From positions 105,216,001 to 105,280,000 of the forward strand of contig NC_045696.1 in the NCBI RefSeq assembly GCF_009834535.1: DNA of 64,000 bases, in the 5' to 3' direction. Position 1 is the first letter of the stretch. Every line of letters starts with the position of its first letter. Positions 1 to 13,864 of the stretch are shown piece after piece. Under the pieces are notes generated by a model, which was given only the letters and a program-made list of their open reading frames with translations, did no database searches and was not told where the DNA came from. The position numbers and the translations under genes were made by a program. The stretch comes from Camelus ferus (lineage: Eukaryota).

Positions 1-357
1 TCAGCGATGACATTTTGGAGGTCTCATATAACTCCTTTTGACCCCAAGGTGGCCCATCAGGGCACAGGGAGGGTGTCGAGGTTATGAGCAGAGCATGGTC
101 TCTGGGTCTGGCCTGCCCAGGTTCCAGTCCTGGCCTTGCAGCTTCCGAAGCCCCTGAGCTGTGTAAGTAACCGCTCAGGATTGAGCTGAAAGGATTTGGT
201 GAGATGGGGGCTTCCCTTGGCGTAGTGCTTGGCACAGTTCCTGGCCTGTGGTGAGCCCCCCGTAAAGGCTGTTATTCTTGCCTCCTCGATCATCTTACGA
301 CTGAGAAGTAATGACCTATATGTGTTTTAGAGACACTGATCTGGACACTTGTCTTAG

Positions 358-630
<273 letters not shown>

Positions 631-645
631 TAAAACTGCTCAGGT

Positions 646-790
646 GGGGAGGATATAGCTTAACTGGTAGAGCGCATGGCTAGCATGCACAAGGTCCTGG
701 GTTCAATCCCCAGTACCTCCTCCAAAAATAAGTAAATAAATAAACGTAATCTCCCCCCACAAAAAAAAGTAAAAAATAAAATAAAATAAA
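646..790 (+). mobile_element. tRNA-Ala-derived SINE (camelid-type)
   Basis: tRNA-Ala(AGC)-like head with A box (TAGCTTAACTGG) and B box (GGTTCAATCC), A-rich tail, and TSD TAAAACTGCTCA (631-642) / TAAAACTGTTCA (787-798). Confidence 0.9.
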
Positions 791-1659
791 ACTGTTCAAT
801 TTATTCATTCACATTTCCTTCATCATAATCAGAGAACTAATACCCTTAGCCACGTTACATGTGTACAAGTCATATCCCTGGCCATAGAGTTGAAATGCTT
901 CTCAGGATCCACTTCCCCTCTGTTCACTTCACATAGTCCGTGAATGCTTAAAAAAAAAAAAAAAAACACTGGACACATTTTAGAACCTGTGTCTCCATCA
1001 GGGCATCCTTCCTGGGGCTCCAGGAAGCATTTACCCACACATTCAGGTGAGTAGGTAGCCTGTGCCTCTGAGAACTCCTGCAACTCTTCAGTGGGTAAGC
1101 AAATGTTCTATAATGGAGATTTTGACATTTTCTCCTCTGAAAGAATAGATCTTAGACAATTACAAATTAACAGCCTTGTATATAGGGCATTTCTAATACA
1201 GATGGCATGGCTTTGCCAGAAATATTTAATCAGCTGAAAACATTTAATCTGGGAATGTTTCATCTCCTTGACTTTCAACTTCATTATTAAGAGAGTAAAA
1301 TGGCATTTGGAATCTGCATGATTATTTCTAGAAAATGCAAGTCATTTATTTGTTGGTGTCAGATAACTATGAAAGTTTTATTCATTATGTATTTATGTAT
1401 ATTTTAGGTATTCATATATGTATTTTGTGTTTTTATATTCATCAAAAATGCCCTTTAAGGGCATGGGTTTTTTTACACCACAATCAATTTCTATTTACTT
1501 TTAATGTAGAAAAAAAGCATTTGAATAACATGTAAATTATCTCTTCAAAGAAATTACATACAAATGTCAATTTATTTTATAGAAATATCTTTGTTTACAA
1601 AACATTTTTTATTATTCAAAAAGTGAAAACAGGAGTTTATTCTTTGTAAATAAATAGCT

Positions 1660-2070
1660 CTTACATAGGAATAAAAAAATCCAAACAACCCAGTTAAAAC
1701 TGGTCAGTGAACATTATTAGGCAGTATACCAAAGAAGAATCTAAACAGACTGATAAACTTGAGAAAAGCTGCTCAGCATCACTAATAATCAATGCAAATG
1801 CAAGTAAAACATAAACACCACAGGGTGATAAGCACCACGAGGGCAGCTGCTGTGGCTGCTTGAGCACCACAGAGTTGCCATCATCTGTCACTGGGCTTAT
1901 GATTGATGCTCAATAAACAGCTGTTGTGGAGGGAAGTCACATTAGCCCATGAAGCTGGCAAAGATGAAAGACTGTCGACATTCAGTACTGGAGGGACAGG
2001 GAGGGGAGCATTCTCATGTACTGGTAGTGATGGGGTGAATGATAAAACATTTTTGGAAGACAAGTTGGTT
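1660..2070 (+). mobile_element. Old L1 fragment (ORF2 3' region)
   Basis: Degenerate L1 motifs (AACAACCCAGTTAAAA...CACTAATAATC...ATGCAAGTAAAAC). Boundaries approximate. Confidence 0.65.
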
Positions 2071-2109
2071 TTCTGTGGGGAAAAAAAAAAAGTTAAAGTC
2101 TGTACTCAT

Positions 2110-3846
2110 ATCTGTAATGAGAGGAAAACTGGACCAGAACTGATATAGATGTTAGAATTAACAGACAGAGACGTTGAAAGTTACTCTAGTTATGTTCAGA
2201 AATTAAGCAGAGACATGGAAAACATAAAAAAGGACTCAAATCAAATATCTAGAGATGAACACTACAGTATGTGAAATGAGATACTGGATAGGATTAACAA
2301 CAGATTAGACACTGCAGAAGAAAAGATTAGTGAACTTGAAGATACAGCAGTCTATCCAAACTGAAACAATCCGAGATGAAACAGAAAAAAGGGATTTTTA
2401 AAAAGAAAGAAAAGAATATCAGTGAGATGTGGGATAATTTAAATCATCTTAATATACTTGTAACTGAAATCCTAGAGGGGAAAAAAAAAAAACCAAAGGA
2501 AGGACAGGAAAGAATATTTGAAGAAATAATCACTGAAATGTTTTTAAATTTGATGAAAATTTTATCAAGTAGCCTGACAAACCACAAGCACAAGAAACAT
2601 GAAGACAACAACACCAAGGTATATGATAATCAGATTTCTCAAAACCAAGAATAAAGAGAAAATCTTAAAGGCAGCTACAGAAGAACAAATAAGGAAGATA
2701 ACAGATGTCTTGTTTCTGAATTTAGCAAAAGAGGAATTTCAGTGGAACAAATCTTTAAAGTACTGAAAGAAAAAACTGTCTATATCTGACAAAAATATCT
2801 TTCAAAAACAAAAGCAAAATAAAGACATTTTCAGATCTACAAAAGCTGAACGATTTCACCACCAACAAACCGGTACCACCAGAAATGCTAATGTCCTTTA
2901 GGAAGAAAGAAAATGATACCAAATGGGAAAATGGATCTACACAAAGGAATACAGAACATTGATAACCACATGGCCAGCTATATAAGGTTTTCTTATTATT
3001 TAAATAACTTTAAAAGATAATTCACCATTTAAACAAAAATAATAATAATATATTGTGGAGTTTATAACACATGTGGAAGTAAAATCTATGACAACAGTGT
3101 CAAAAAGACTGGAAGGGGAAAAACAGAAGAATACTATTGTAAGGTTTTTATACTGTGCATGAAGTGGTATAATATCACTTAGAGATAGACTGTGATAAAT
3201 TAAAGATAACTATTATGAACCCTGATGTAACCACTAAAATAAAAAAGTAAACAATTATAACTAATAAGCAAACAAAGGAGATAAAATGGAATAGGAATAT
3301 ATTCAGTTAATCCAAGAAGGAAGAAAAAGAGGAAAGGGGGACCAAAGAATAGATGGGACAAATAGAAGGCAAATTAAAAAATGATACACTTAAACCTAAT
3401 CATCACATTAAATCACATTAAATATAAATAGTCTAACAGCTTCTGCTAAAAGGCATGCATTGTCAGACTGGATAAAATAAGCAAGACCCAACTACAATTA
3501 TTTGATGCCTTTAAGAAATGCACCAAATATAAAGGCACAATTAGGTTCAAAGTAAATGAATAGAAAACTATCCCATGCTAACACTAATTAAAAGAAAGCT
3601 GAAATAGTTCTAGTATCAGAGAAAGGAGGTTTTGGAGGTAAGACTATTTCTAGGGATAAAGGGGGTCATTTCATAATCATAAAGGCCAGTCAGTTCTTTA
3701 AGAGGAAGTAATAATCCTAAACCTTTTTTAAAATTTAATTATAGAATATTAAAATACAAAAGAAACAAAAACTTACAGAATTCCTTATCAGTAATCAGTA
3801 ATTACCTTAACTGTAAATGTATTAAACTCTCCAGTCAGAAGATGAG
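2110..3846 (+). mobile_element. Old L1 (L1M-type) ORF1 and ORF2 endonuclease start, decayed
   Basis: ORF1-like peptide (ERIFEEIITEMFLNLMK) and endonuclease N-terminal motifs at about 3410-3780. Many stops. Confidence 0.85.
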
Positions 3847-4583
3847 AGAGGCTGTGGAGAAAAGGGAACCCTCCTACACTGCTGGTGGGAATGCAGTTTG
3901 GTGCAGCCACTGTGGAAAACAGTATGGAGATTCCTCAAAAGACTAGGAATAGACTTACCATATGACCCAGGAATCCCGCTTCTGGGCATATATCCAGAAG
4001 GAACCCTACTTCAAAAAGACACCTGCACCCCAATGTTCATAGCAGCACTATTTACAATAGCCAAGACATGGAAACAGCCTAAATGTCCATCAACAGATGG
4101 CTGGATAAAGAAGATGTGGTGTATTTATACAATGAAATACTATTCAGCCATAAAAACTGACAACATAACACCATTTGCAGCAACATGGCTGTTCCTGGAG
4201 AATGTCATTCTAAGTGAATTAAGCCAGAAAGAGAAAGAAAAATACCATATGAGATCATTCATATTTGGAATCTAAAAAACAAACAAACAAATAAAACAGA
4301 AACAGACTAATAGACATAGAATACGAACTTGTGGTTGCCAAGGGGGCAGGGGGATGGGAAGGGACAGACTGGGATTTCAAAATGTAGAATAGATAAACAA
4401 GACTATACTGTATAGCACAGGGAAATCTATACAAGATCTTGTGGTAGCTCACAGTGAAAAAAAAAATGTGACAATGAATATATGTATGTTCATGTATAAC
4501 TGAAAAATTGTGCTCTACACTGAAATTTGACACAACATTGTAAAATGACTATAACTCAATAAAAAAAGTTAGAAAAAATAATA
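3847..4583 (+). mobile_element. Young lineage-specific L1, 5'-truncated
   Basis: Intact ORF2 C-terminal peptide ([13 protein letters not shown]...[23 protein letters not shown]), 3' UTR, AATAAA at 4558, A tail, TSD AAGATGAG (3839-3846 / 4584-4591). Confidence 0.95.
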
Positions 4584-5965
4584 AAGATGAGGATGTCCAT
4601 TCTTACCACTTCTATTCAACATTATACTGAAGGTTCTAGCCAGAACAATAGCAAGAAAAAGAAATAAAAGATATCCATATTGGAGTAGGAAAAAAATGAT
4701 TTGTAGACGATATAATCGTCTATGGGAAAAATACATAGAAATCTACCAAAAAAGCTTCGTAGAACTCATAAGTGAGTTTAGAAAGGTTGCTAGATATAAG
4801 ATCAATATATAAAAATCAATTGCATTTCTATATATAAGCAACAAAGGATCATAAATTAAAATTTTAAAATAATACCAATTTACAATAGCATAAAAAAAGA
4901 AATAGGAATAAATCTGGCAAAAGTGTGCAAGACCTATCTGCTAAAAACTACAAAATGTTGAGATGAATTAAAGACAACCTAATTAAAATGGAGAGATATA
5001 CCTTGTTTCATGAGTTATAAGACTCAACAGTGTTAAGATTTCACTTCTCCCCAAGTTTAACTGTAGATTCAACTCAATCTCAATAAGCTTTTTGGTAGAA
5101 ATTGATAAGCTGATTCTAAAATTTTTTATGGAAATGCAAATGACCTAGGATAGCCAGAGTAGCCTTGAAAAAGTAGAAGAAAGTGGAAGATCAACACTAT
5201 TTGATTTCAAGACTGATTATAAAGCTGCAGTGCTTGTTACAGTGTGGTATTGGTGTGGAATAGTTAAGTAGATCAATGGGACAGGATAGGGAGGACCAAA
5301 TTTGACCCCCGCTTACCTAGACAACTGATTTTTGACAAAAGTGCAAAGGCAATGCGGAAGAGATAGGATAGTCTTTTTTAAAAATGGTGCTAGAACAATA
5401 GAATGTCTGTTTCCCACCCCCAGCCCCCCCAACAAAGCACTCAGCCAAAGCTTGCACCGTATACAAAAACTAACTCAAAATGGATTATAAACTTTAATGT
5501 AAAACCTAAAACTATGAAATTTCTAGAAGAAAATCTTTGTGACCTTAAATTAGATAAAGATGTCTTAGGTAAGACACCACCGAAAGCATGATCCAAAATC
5601 GAGGGAAAAAAAAAAAACGAGGGAGAGACAAATTAGACTTCACCAAAATTAACAGCTTCTGTTCTTCAAAAGACACTAAGAGAATAAAAGACAAGCCGCA
5701 ACCTGGGAGAAAGGATTTGCAAAGCATTTATCTGTTAAAGGACTTGTATCCAGAATATATAAGGACATCTCAATTCAGTAATTTTTTTAAAAACCCAAAT
5801 AACCCAATAAAAATTGAAAAAAATATATGAAGAGACTCTTCACCAAAGAAGGTACATAGATGGCGAAGAAGCACATGGAAAGATGCCTAATTGCATAAGG
5901 GAAGTGCAGACTAAGACCACAGTGAGATACCACTGCACCACTATTAGAACCGCTAAAACTAATGA
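4584..5965 (+). mobile_element. Old L1 ORF2 (RT domain onward), decayed
   Basis: GGATGTCCATTCTTACCACTTCTATTCAACATT corresponds to the GCPLSPLLFNI motif, followed by downstream ORF2 motifs. Confidence 0.88.
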
Positions 5966-6124
5966 CTATTTAGCTATAGGTAGAGGGGCCCCACATGTGA
6001 CCTCGAGCACCATCTTGCCTTTATTCTCAGCCATTCCTCCATGGAAAATGCTTGGCCATTTCTGAAAGTCCAGAACGGATTCTGCTGCCTGTGTCTTTGA
6101 GTGTAAGACAACAGATTGATACCT

Positions 6125-6430
6125 TTCAATGTTCCATAGATATTTACTGCACCTTCTCCAAGCCAGGCACTGTCGCTGGAAATAGAGTTGATTAAATTCC
6201 ATCTCCTGCCCAAAAGGGATGCACACTGTAGGTGGCGAGAGACGCATGGCAGCAAGTGATTGTAGCACTATGTTCCGAGGGGGGGATGTCTCCCACCTGG
6301 CAGTTGGGGAAAGCTTTTGGAAGAGGTGACACCAAGTCTTGAAGAACATGAAAGACTTAGCCAAGCACAGTTTAGGGAGCATGATAGGCAGAGAAAGCAG
6401 CGTGAGTGAAACACAGAGAGGGAAGAGAAT
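6125..6430 (-). mobile_element. L2 3' fragment
   Basis: ATATTTACTGCACCTTCTCCAAGCCAGGCACTGT resembles the reverse-complemented L2 tail. Confidence 0.55.
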
Positions 6431-7799
6431 CACAGTCCAGCACGCCAGAGAGAGGGGAGGCTGATAAGGTAGGGAGGACCCAGGTCATGGAGAGGGGTGT
6501 GTGGTGTGTTTCCCTTTCCCGCACAGCTGGGCTCTGTCTCCCCCTACCCACAGCCCCCATCACCGGCTGCAGCCTCCCTCAGCCGGTAGATCTGTGCACC
6601 AAGCCGTCACCCAACCCCTCGTCTCTCCAGGGACAAATTTTAAACCAAGCCTTTTCCCTCACTCAGAATCAGCTCACAGTTAAGTCTGGATAAAAATCTG
6701 GCCTCACAGCTGACTTTCTTTTTTTCCATGAAGAAAATGCAAACTCCCTTCTGTTAATGTATTTTCACTAAAACAACTCACAATTTTAATTCGATATCGC
6801 GTGCATATAAATTGAACTAAACAAGCTGAAGCAATTTGTTTAGTACCTTTAAGTAGAAATTAATAGTGTCTTCCTGGTTTCCTGCCGCAGCTCTAGTTAC
6901 TTTCTGGTGCTGAGCACTTCCCCCTTTCCCAAGCATCCCTAATTCAGACTGCAGCTGTCCTCCCTTCCTTTTACTCCTGAAATAGCAAAGCCTTAAAAAC
7001 TGACAAGGCCCTATAACATGTCCAAACTTTTCACCATCTTTAGGCCTGTGACAACGCACCCCTTGACAGTGAAAAAATTACACATTGGGTGAAAACTTCG
7101 ATCTGAAAGTGTTTATCGTTAACAGAGTGACAAAAGATTGTTAATACACATGCTCAGAGGATGAGGTGTTGAGCCAGCTGTATTGTTTTACCCTCCTGTA
7201 CTTGAAATCACGTTGAGGAATGCGACGCGGGCTGGTAGGAGGGTGTGGTAAGTGTGGATTTTCTGTGTTTTATAGCATCATCCTCTAACCGTGGGGGCTT
7301 TCTGGCCTTGTGTTGTGTGCCGTGCGAGGACTCTCAAAGATGGTTCTCAAAGGCTTGTTGGATGAATTCATGTAGTGGGTGTGGGAGCTTCGAAAAAGTT
7401 CATTTGGGATTTTTATTCTTCGATTGCTGATTTGTGATGGAAATGATTCAGCCCAACATACGGCTCATCAGTAGCATCAGACGCACCTGAAGTTCCCGTT
7501 GAATAGATTAGGAATTCGAGCCCACATTTCTCTTAAGGTGTTGGATGTCTTCCCAGTTGTAAGTAGTTGTTTTTCCAACATGTAGTCACAAACTTAACTA
7601 ATGGAGGTTAAATTGAAATTTAAATCCTGTTTTCTGTTATTTAGACAGTCTGTTATTTCTAGTCAACAGAATTTGGCCATTGGCCTATATTCCAACAACA
7701 GTCCACTTGTTTTTCTTTTTGAAAATCAGATTTTCTGTCAGCTTAATTAATACTTATTCATGTAATGGCTGTTTAGCACCTATACGTTTTATATACTTA

Positions 7800-8040
7800 A
7801 CAAACATACTTCATCCCTACTATCTGTCAGGCAGTATTCCGGGGGCACTGCGTGCATGAACTCATTGAATCTTCATAACAGCTTTGTGAGGAGGGTGCCA
7901 TCACTCTCCCTGTTTTACAGAGCGGGGAGCTGAAGCTCAGAGAGATAGGGTAACTTGCCAGAGATCACACAGCCAGTCAGTAGTGGAGCCAGTCCCCCCC
8001 AGGCTCTGTGCTCGTAGCCATCACACCACACTGCCTCCAG
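7800..8040 (-). mobile_element. MIR SINE
   Basis: MIR core: CTCATTGAATCTTCATAACA...TTTTACAGAGCGGGGAGCTGAAGCTCAGAGAG...TAACTTGCC. Confidence 0.85.
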
Positions 8041-8124
8041 TCACTCAGCAGACGGCCAGTGCTGGGAACCGTGTTAGAAGCAGGCAACACCAGAGCAAAA
8101 GCGGACCCTGTGCTCCCGGGGGAG

Positions 8125-8497
8125 AGCCTTGGTCCATTTAGGCTGCTAAAAGCAAAAGTGCCATAGACAGGTAGCTTGTAAACCAGAGAAGTTTATTTCT
8201 CCCTGTCTGGAGGCTGAAAGTCTGAGATCAGGTTGCCAGCATGGCTGGGGTCTGGGGAGAGCCCTCGTCAGAGATGCAGACTCCGACTTCTCATTATGTC
8301 CTCACGTGGAGGAGAGCAGAGGGAGGAAGCAAGCTCTCTCATGACTCTTGGACACAAATCCCGTTCACAAGGGCTCCACCCTCATGACCTTGACTAATCC
8401 CAGTCACCTCCAAAGTCCGCATCTCCAAATACCATCACATCAGGGGTAGGGTCTCAGCACATGAACTTGGGAGGACACAAGCATTCCGTCCATAACA
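8125..8497 (-). mobile_element. MLT1A-type MaLR solo LTR inserted in an L2
   Basis: Terminus reads TGTTATGGACGGAATG on the minus strand. Full LTR length (373 bp). Perfect 5-bp TSD GGGAG (8120-8124 / 8498-8502). Confidence 0.88.
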
Positions 8498-9013
8498 GGG
8501 AGGCAGACATTAATCACATCCCACAGAGGTGAATGACTCAGGTGACACATGCCCCCGAGGGGAGGTTCCGATACTATCAGGGTGGACAGTGAGACAGTTT
8601 GACAGAGACAGATAGTCCAGGGAAAGTGTTTCTGAAAACGTAAGGACTGAGCTGGAGAAGAATAGCGAGGCACATTTTAGTTTAAAAGTGATGTTGGCCA
8701 GCGGATGCAGGGAAAGAGCAGTCTTGGGCTGGGAAAGCACGTGTACAAAGGCCCTGTGGGGGAAGAGGACATGGCCTCAAGGGATGGACAGGTGTAATGA
8801 CCAGAAAGCAGGAACAGAGGGGAGCACTGCGGGAGGGAAAGGAGCGGGGGCAGACCATGAGGACCTTCCCGGCCACTGTTAAGGAATCTGTTTTTCATCC
8901 TAAGAGCTGTGAGAAGAGCTGCATTTCCTCCCTCCCTTCCATACCTTCCCCGCCTGCACCCCCACTAAAGAGCCCAGGGAAGGAAGCCAGTCACGGGGCT
9001 TTTTGAATTGAAA

Positions 9014-9133
9014 GGGGGAGGATATAGCTCAGTGGTAGAGAATATGCTTAGCATGCATGAGGTCCTGGGTTCAATGCCCAGTACCTCCATTAAAATAAAT
9101 GCATACATATATACATACATAAATAAATAAAAA
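9014..9133 (+). mobile_element. tRNA-Ala-derived SINE
   Basis: GGGGGAGGATATAGCTCAGTGGTAGAG...GGTCCTGGGTTCAATGCCCAGTACCTCC plus A-rich tail. Same family as 646-790. Confidence 0.9.
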
Positions 9134-10258
9134 GAGGCAATTGAGGCAATACTTCTGATGAGAGGGTGACAAGGCAATGAAAAGAAGTTGGCAGATGGGG
9201 AAGGTCATTAGAAGGCAAAGCTGACCTGATAACAGATTGGGTCTGAGTAGGGGAAGGAGAGAGTCTGGAGGTGGAGCTGACTTGGGCCAGGGCCAAGTTC
9301 AGTTTCAGACCTGTTGACTTTGAGAGACCCGTGAAACGTCTAAGAGCAGGTGGTGGCTAGAGCTCAGAGAAGACAGACCTGGAGATGGACGTTTGCAGGT
9401 CCCCTGTAGACAATAAATGAAGATGTCCATGGGGGTAAGTAGAACCCCAGAGAGTGCCGTAGGAGGTGAGCCCTGGGGAGCCCCACAAAGGAGGATGGGC
9501 TTGCACAGGGGTCCAAGGAGTAGGAAGGAACCAGAGCAGGTTTTTTTCACAGAACAGAAAAGACCAAGCATCCCAGCATTTAACGTGACTAAGCGGTCAA
9601 GTTGGAGGAAGACTGAAAAATCACATCTGTGGGGTTGGCAGCATGGAGCTGGTTCCCTGTGAGAAAACTTCTACTGCAGCGGTGGACTGATGACCAGGTT
9701 GGAGGGAATGACAGAAAGGGAAAGGAGGCCCTAGAGGAGACAGCCCTTCCGGGAATGGCATGGGTCCGGGTGATGCGGGGTTCGAAAGTGCAAGAGCACG
9801 GAGGCATTATTTGCAGAGAGGCAGAGAGAGCAAACAGACCGCAGCCCTGGGGCAGCGCATGTGCCCGGTCCTGCCCTGTCCAAAGGGGGCAAGAGCCATT
9901 CTGACTTCTCAAGAGAAGCTGCAAGTATGAATTTTCATGTTTAAAAGGTTGTTGATTGCTGCATTGTTTGTGATCGCAAAATATGGGAAATAAAACATTC
10001 AAGTGTAAACAAATATTCAACCCTAATAAGTAGGTTTCTTTCTCCCTGAGTTACGGGCTAGCAATCCTGAAACTACTTTCTGTGTATCCTAGGATTAAGC
10101 AATAATTAAATATCCTGTGGACAATGAAAGTCAATGAAAGTTTCTCACTGTTGGACAAGGGAGTTACAGATATGGACAGAGGGAGCTTAGAAATATCCCA
10201 GTGATGTGAGATTGGAATTGAAGGTATTAGTGTGAATTCATGGATAGTTAAGATAGAT

Positions 10259-10260
<2 letters not shown>

Positions 10261-10312
<52 letters not shown>
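10261..10312. repeat. (GATA)13 microsatellite
   Basis: Perfect tetranucleotide run followed by GGAT/GACA variants. Confidence 0.97.
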
Positions 10313-10313
<1 letters not shown>

Positions 10314-11537
10314 AGATGGATGGATGGATAGACAGACAGACGGACAACATGTCTGTCAGTATGCATACACACACACATACATCTATATCTTACCCCTAAT
10401 CTACTGAGAGGCTCTAGAAATTACTATACCTCAGTACAATAGAACAACCTAGCATTCTAATCTTGGTTTCTTAACACCATTCTGTATGAAAAGGGCTCCT
10501 TGGAAAAATGGTCGGTTCTGGGGCTGGGGCAGGGCAAGTAGAAGATGAAGTTGGAACATCTTGTGGTGCCAGAAAATAAGGAAGTACTCAAATAGTGGGG
10601 ACAACAAAATATCCATAGTGCACAGGAGCCAGCTTGAAGGGGTTCCCACTGATAAAATATGGGACAATTTGAGCCTAAAAATAAATAACGAAGTTAAGGA
10701 TTACATATGACTCATTGAATAAAGTAACAATCCATAAGCCTAAGCTGATGTAAATCAATTTATTAGTTAATTAAATGAACAAGTGGATAAATGGGAGAGA
10801 AAGGAAACTGTTTCTTACAGTAGAATGCCAGCTAACCAACACAGGAGGAGTGGTGGAGTTAGAAAATCACCATTTGGCAACTATAAAGTTATTGATTCAT
10901 GCAAGAACCATGAATGGATTCTAAAGCTAGCAGGTTGAAATAACAAGTAACTCCTGATAAGAAACTCAGTAATTAGAAAGGAAAAAAATGATTACAGTGG
11001 AGAAACCTGGCAGACACTACCTTAATCAAACGACCAAAGCCAACACCACCGGTCTGGGACATAATGACACCCGGTGTTTCCTGCTCCGGTGTGCTGAGAA
11101 GGGCACACCATCACTCCTGTGTCTTTCCCACTGGAAGTGCTCACCCTGAATCTCTCCTGAGGAAACAGCAGACAGACCTAAAGCATGAGACAGTCTACAA
11201 GATAACTGGCCTGGATGAATGTCAGTGTCATGAAAGACAGACTAAAGAGCTATTCCAGATGAGAGAAGAGCTAAAGAGACATGACAACTGAATGCAATCC
11301 ATGATCATGGACCAACTTATTTATGTATTATTGCTGTAATAGACATCAGTGGAAAAATTGGTAAAATATGAGTTAGGTCTGTATGTTAGATAATAGTATT
11401 GTATCAATGTTCTTCATTTGGATCATTTTACTGTAGCTATATAAAAGAACGATTTTGTTAAAGGAAACATACTGAATTATTTAGGAATAAAGGGGCATCA
11501 TGTCTATAATTTACTCAACTGGTTCAGAAAAAATACA

Positions 11538-13864
11538 CGGGCATACCCCCAAGATGATAAGGGTTCAGTTCCAGCCCACCCCAGTAAAGCAAATAACAAT
11601 AAAGCAAGTCATACGAATTTTTTGGTTTCCCAGTGCATATAAAAGTTATGTTTACACTCTACTATGGTGTACTAAGTGTGCAATTGAATTATATCTTAAA
11701 AAATGTATATACCTTAATTTTAAAATATTTTATTGCTAAAAAAATGTTAACCGTCTTCTGAGCCTTCAGCAAGTAGTAACCTTGCCTGGAGGTTGATGGA
11801 TGCTGACTAATAAGGACGGTGGTTGCTGCAGGTTGGGGTGGCTGTGTTAATTTCTTAAACTAAGACAATGAAGTTTGCCGCATTGATTGATTCTTCCTTT
11901 CATGAATGATTTCTCTCACTATGCGATGTTGTTGATAGCATTTTACCCACAGTAGAACTTGTTTCAAAATTAGAGTCAGCCTCTCAAATCCTGCCACTGC
12001 TTTTCAACTAAGTTTGTGTAATATTCTAAGTCCTTTGTTGTCATTTCAACCACCTTCACAGTATCTTGACCAGGAGTAGATTCCATCATAAGAAACCAAT
12101 CTCTTTGCTCATCATTAAGAAGCAACTCGTCATCTGTTAAAGTTCTGTTGTGAGGCTGCAGCCGTTCAGTCCCATCTTCAGGCTCCACTTCCAGTTCTAG
12201 TTGTCTTGCTGTTTCCACCACAATTGCAGTTACTTCCTCCACTGAAATCTTAAACTCCTCAAAGTCATCCATGAGAGCTGGAATCAACTTCTTCCAAACT
12301 CCTGTTCATGTTGACATTTTGACCTCGTCCCATGAATCACAAGTGTTTTTAATGTTTCCTTTCCAGAAGGTTTTCAGTTGTCTTTGCCCAGATCCATCAG
12401 AGGAATCACTGTCTATAGCAGCTCTAACCTTGCAAAACGTATTGCTTAACTAAAAAAACTTGAAGGTCAAAATTACTCTTTGATCCATGGGCTGCAGAAT
12501 GGACGCTGTGTTCAGCAGGCATGAAGACAACGTGAATCTCTCTGTCCATCTCCACAAGAGCTCTTGGGTGACCAGGTGCACTGTCAAGGGGCAGTCATAT
12601 TTTGAAAGGAATCATTTTCTCTGAGCAGTAGTTCTCAACAGTGGCTTAAAATATTCAGGAAACCATGTTGTAAACAGATGTTCTGTTATCCAGGCCTTGT
12701 TTTTGCATTTCTAGAGCACACACAGAGTAGGTCGAGCATAATTCTTAAGGGCCGTCAGACTGTCAGAATGGTAAATGAGCATTGGCTTCAGCTTAAAGTC
12801 ATCAGCTCCTCTAGCCCCTAACAAGAGAGTCAGTCTGTCCTTTGAAGCATTGAAGCCAGGCACTGATTTCTCCTCTCTAGCTATGAGAGTCCTAGATGGC
12901 ATCTTCTTCCAATATAAGGCTGTTTGTTTTGTGTACATTGAAAGTCTGTTGCTCAGTGCAGACACCTTCATGAACGATCTGAGCTAGATCTCCTGGAGAA
13001 CTTGCTGCAGCTTCTCCACCAGGACTTGCCTCTTGACCTTGCACTTTTATGTTATAGAAACAGCTTCTTTCCTTAAACCTCATGAACCCGCCTCTGCTAG
13101 CTTCAGACTTTTCTTCTGCACCTTCCTCACCTCTCTCAGCCTTCACAGAATTGCAGAGAGTTCTGGCCTTGCTGTGGATTAGGCTTTGGCTTAAGGGAAT
13201 GTTGCTTCTGATTTGATCTTCTATCCAAACCGCTAAAACTGTCTCCAAATTAACAAGGCTGTTTTGCTTCCTTGTCATTTGTGTGTTCACTGGAGCAGCA
13301 CTTTCCATTTCCTTCAAGAACTTTTCCTTTGCGTTCACAGTTTGGCTCACTGTTCGGTGCAGGAGGCCTATCTTGGCTTTCGACATAGCTTCCTCACTAA
13401 GCTGAATCATTTCTAGCTCTCGGTGTAAGGTGAGTGACATGCAACCCTTCCTTTCACTTGAACACTCAGAGGCCATTGCAGGGCTATTAATTGGCCCAAT
13501 TTCAATGTTGTCATATCTCAGGGAATAGGGAGGCCCACGGAGAGGGAGAGAGAGCAGTCAGAACACACACATTTATCAGACAAGTTCGCTGTCTTGTATG
13601 GGCATGGTTCGTGTCACCCCACACAATTCCAGTAGCAGCATCAAAGATTACTGACCACAGATCACCAAACAAATATAATCAATAATGTGGCAGTGTGAAA
13701 TATTGGGAGAATTACCCAGATGTGACACAGAGACATGAAGTGAGCAAACTCTGTCGGAGAAATGTCGCCAATAGACTTGCTCCACGCAGAGTGGCCACAA
13801 ACCTCCAATTTGTAAAAAACGCAATTTGTAGTACGTCCAATAAAGTGAAGGGCAATGAAACAAG

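Larger units (their letters stand above)
8040..9740 (-). mobile_element. Fragmented L2 (interrupted by an MLT1A LTR and a SINE)
   Basis: Purine-rich L2 3' region motifs on either side of the insertions. Boundaries approximate. Confidence 0.65.

Noticed and set aside
646..720. Possible tRNA-Ala genes (also at 9014 and 52458)
   Set aside because: Three diverged copies with A-rich tails, TSDs at two of them, and stem mismatches: SINEs, not tRNA genes.
3898..4275. L1 ORF2-like ORFs as genes (also 19054-19350 and 62661-63140)
   Set aside because: C-terminal fragments of 5'-truncated L1s with no promoter, ORF1 or intact RT.
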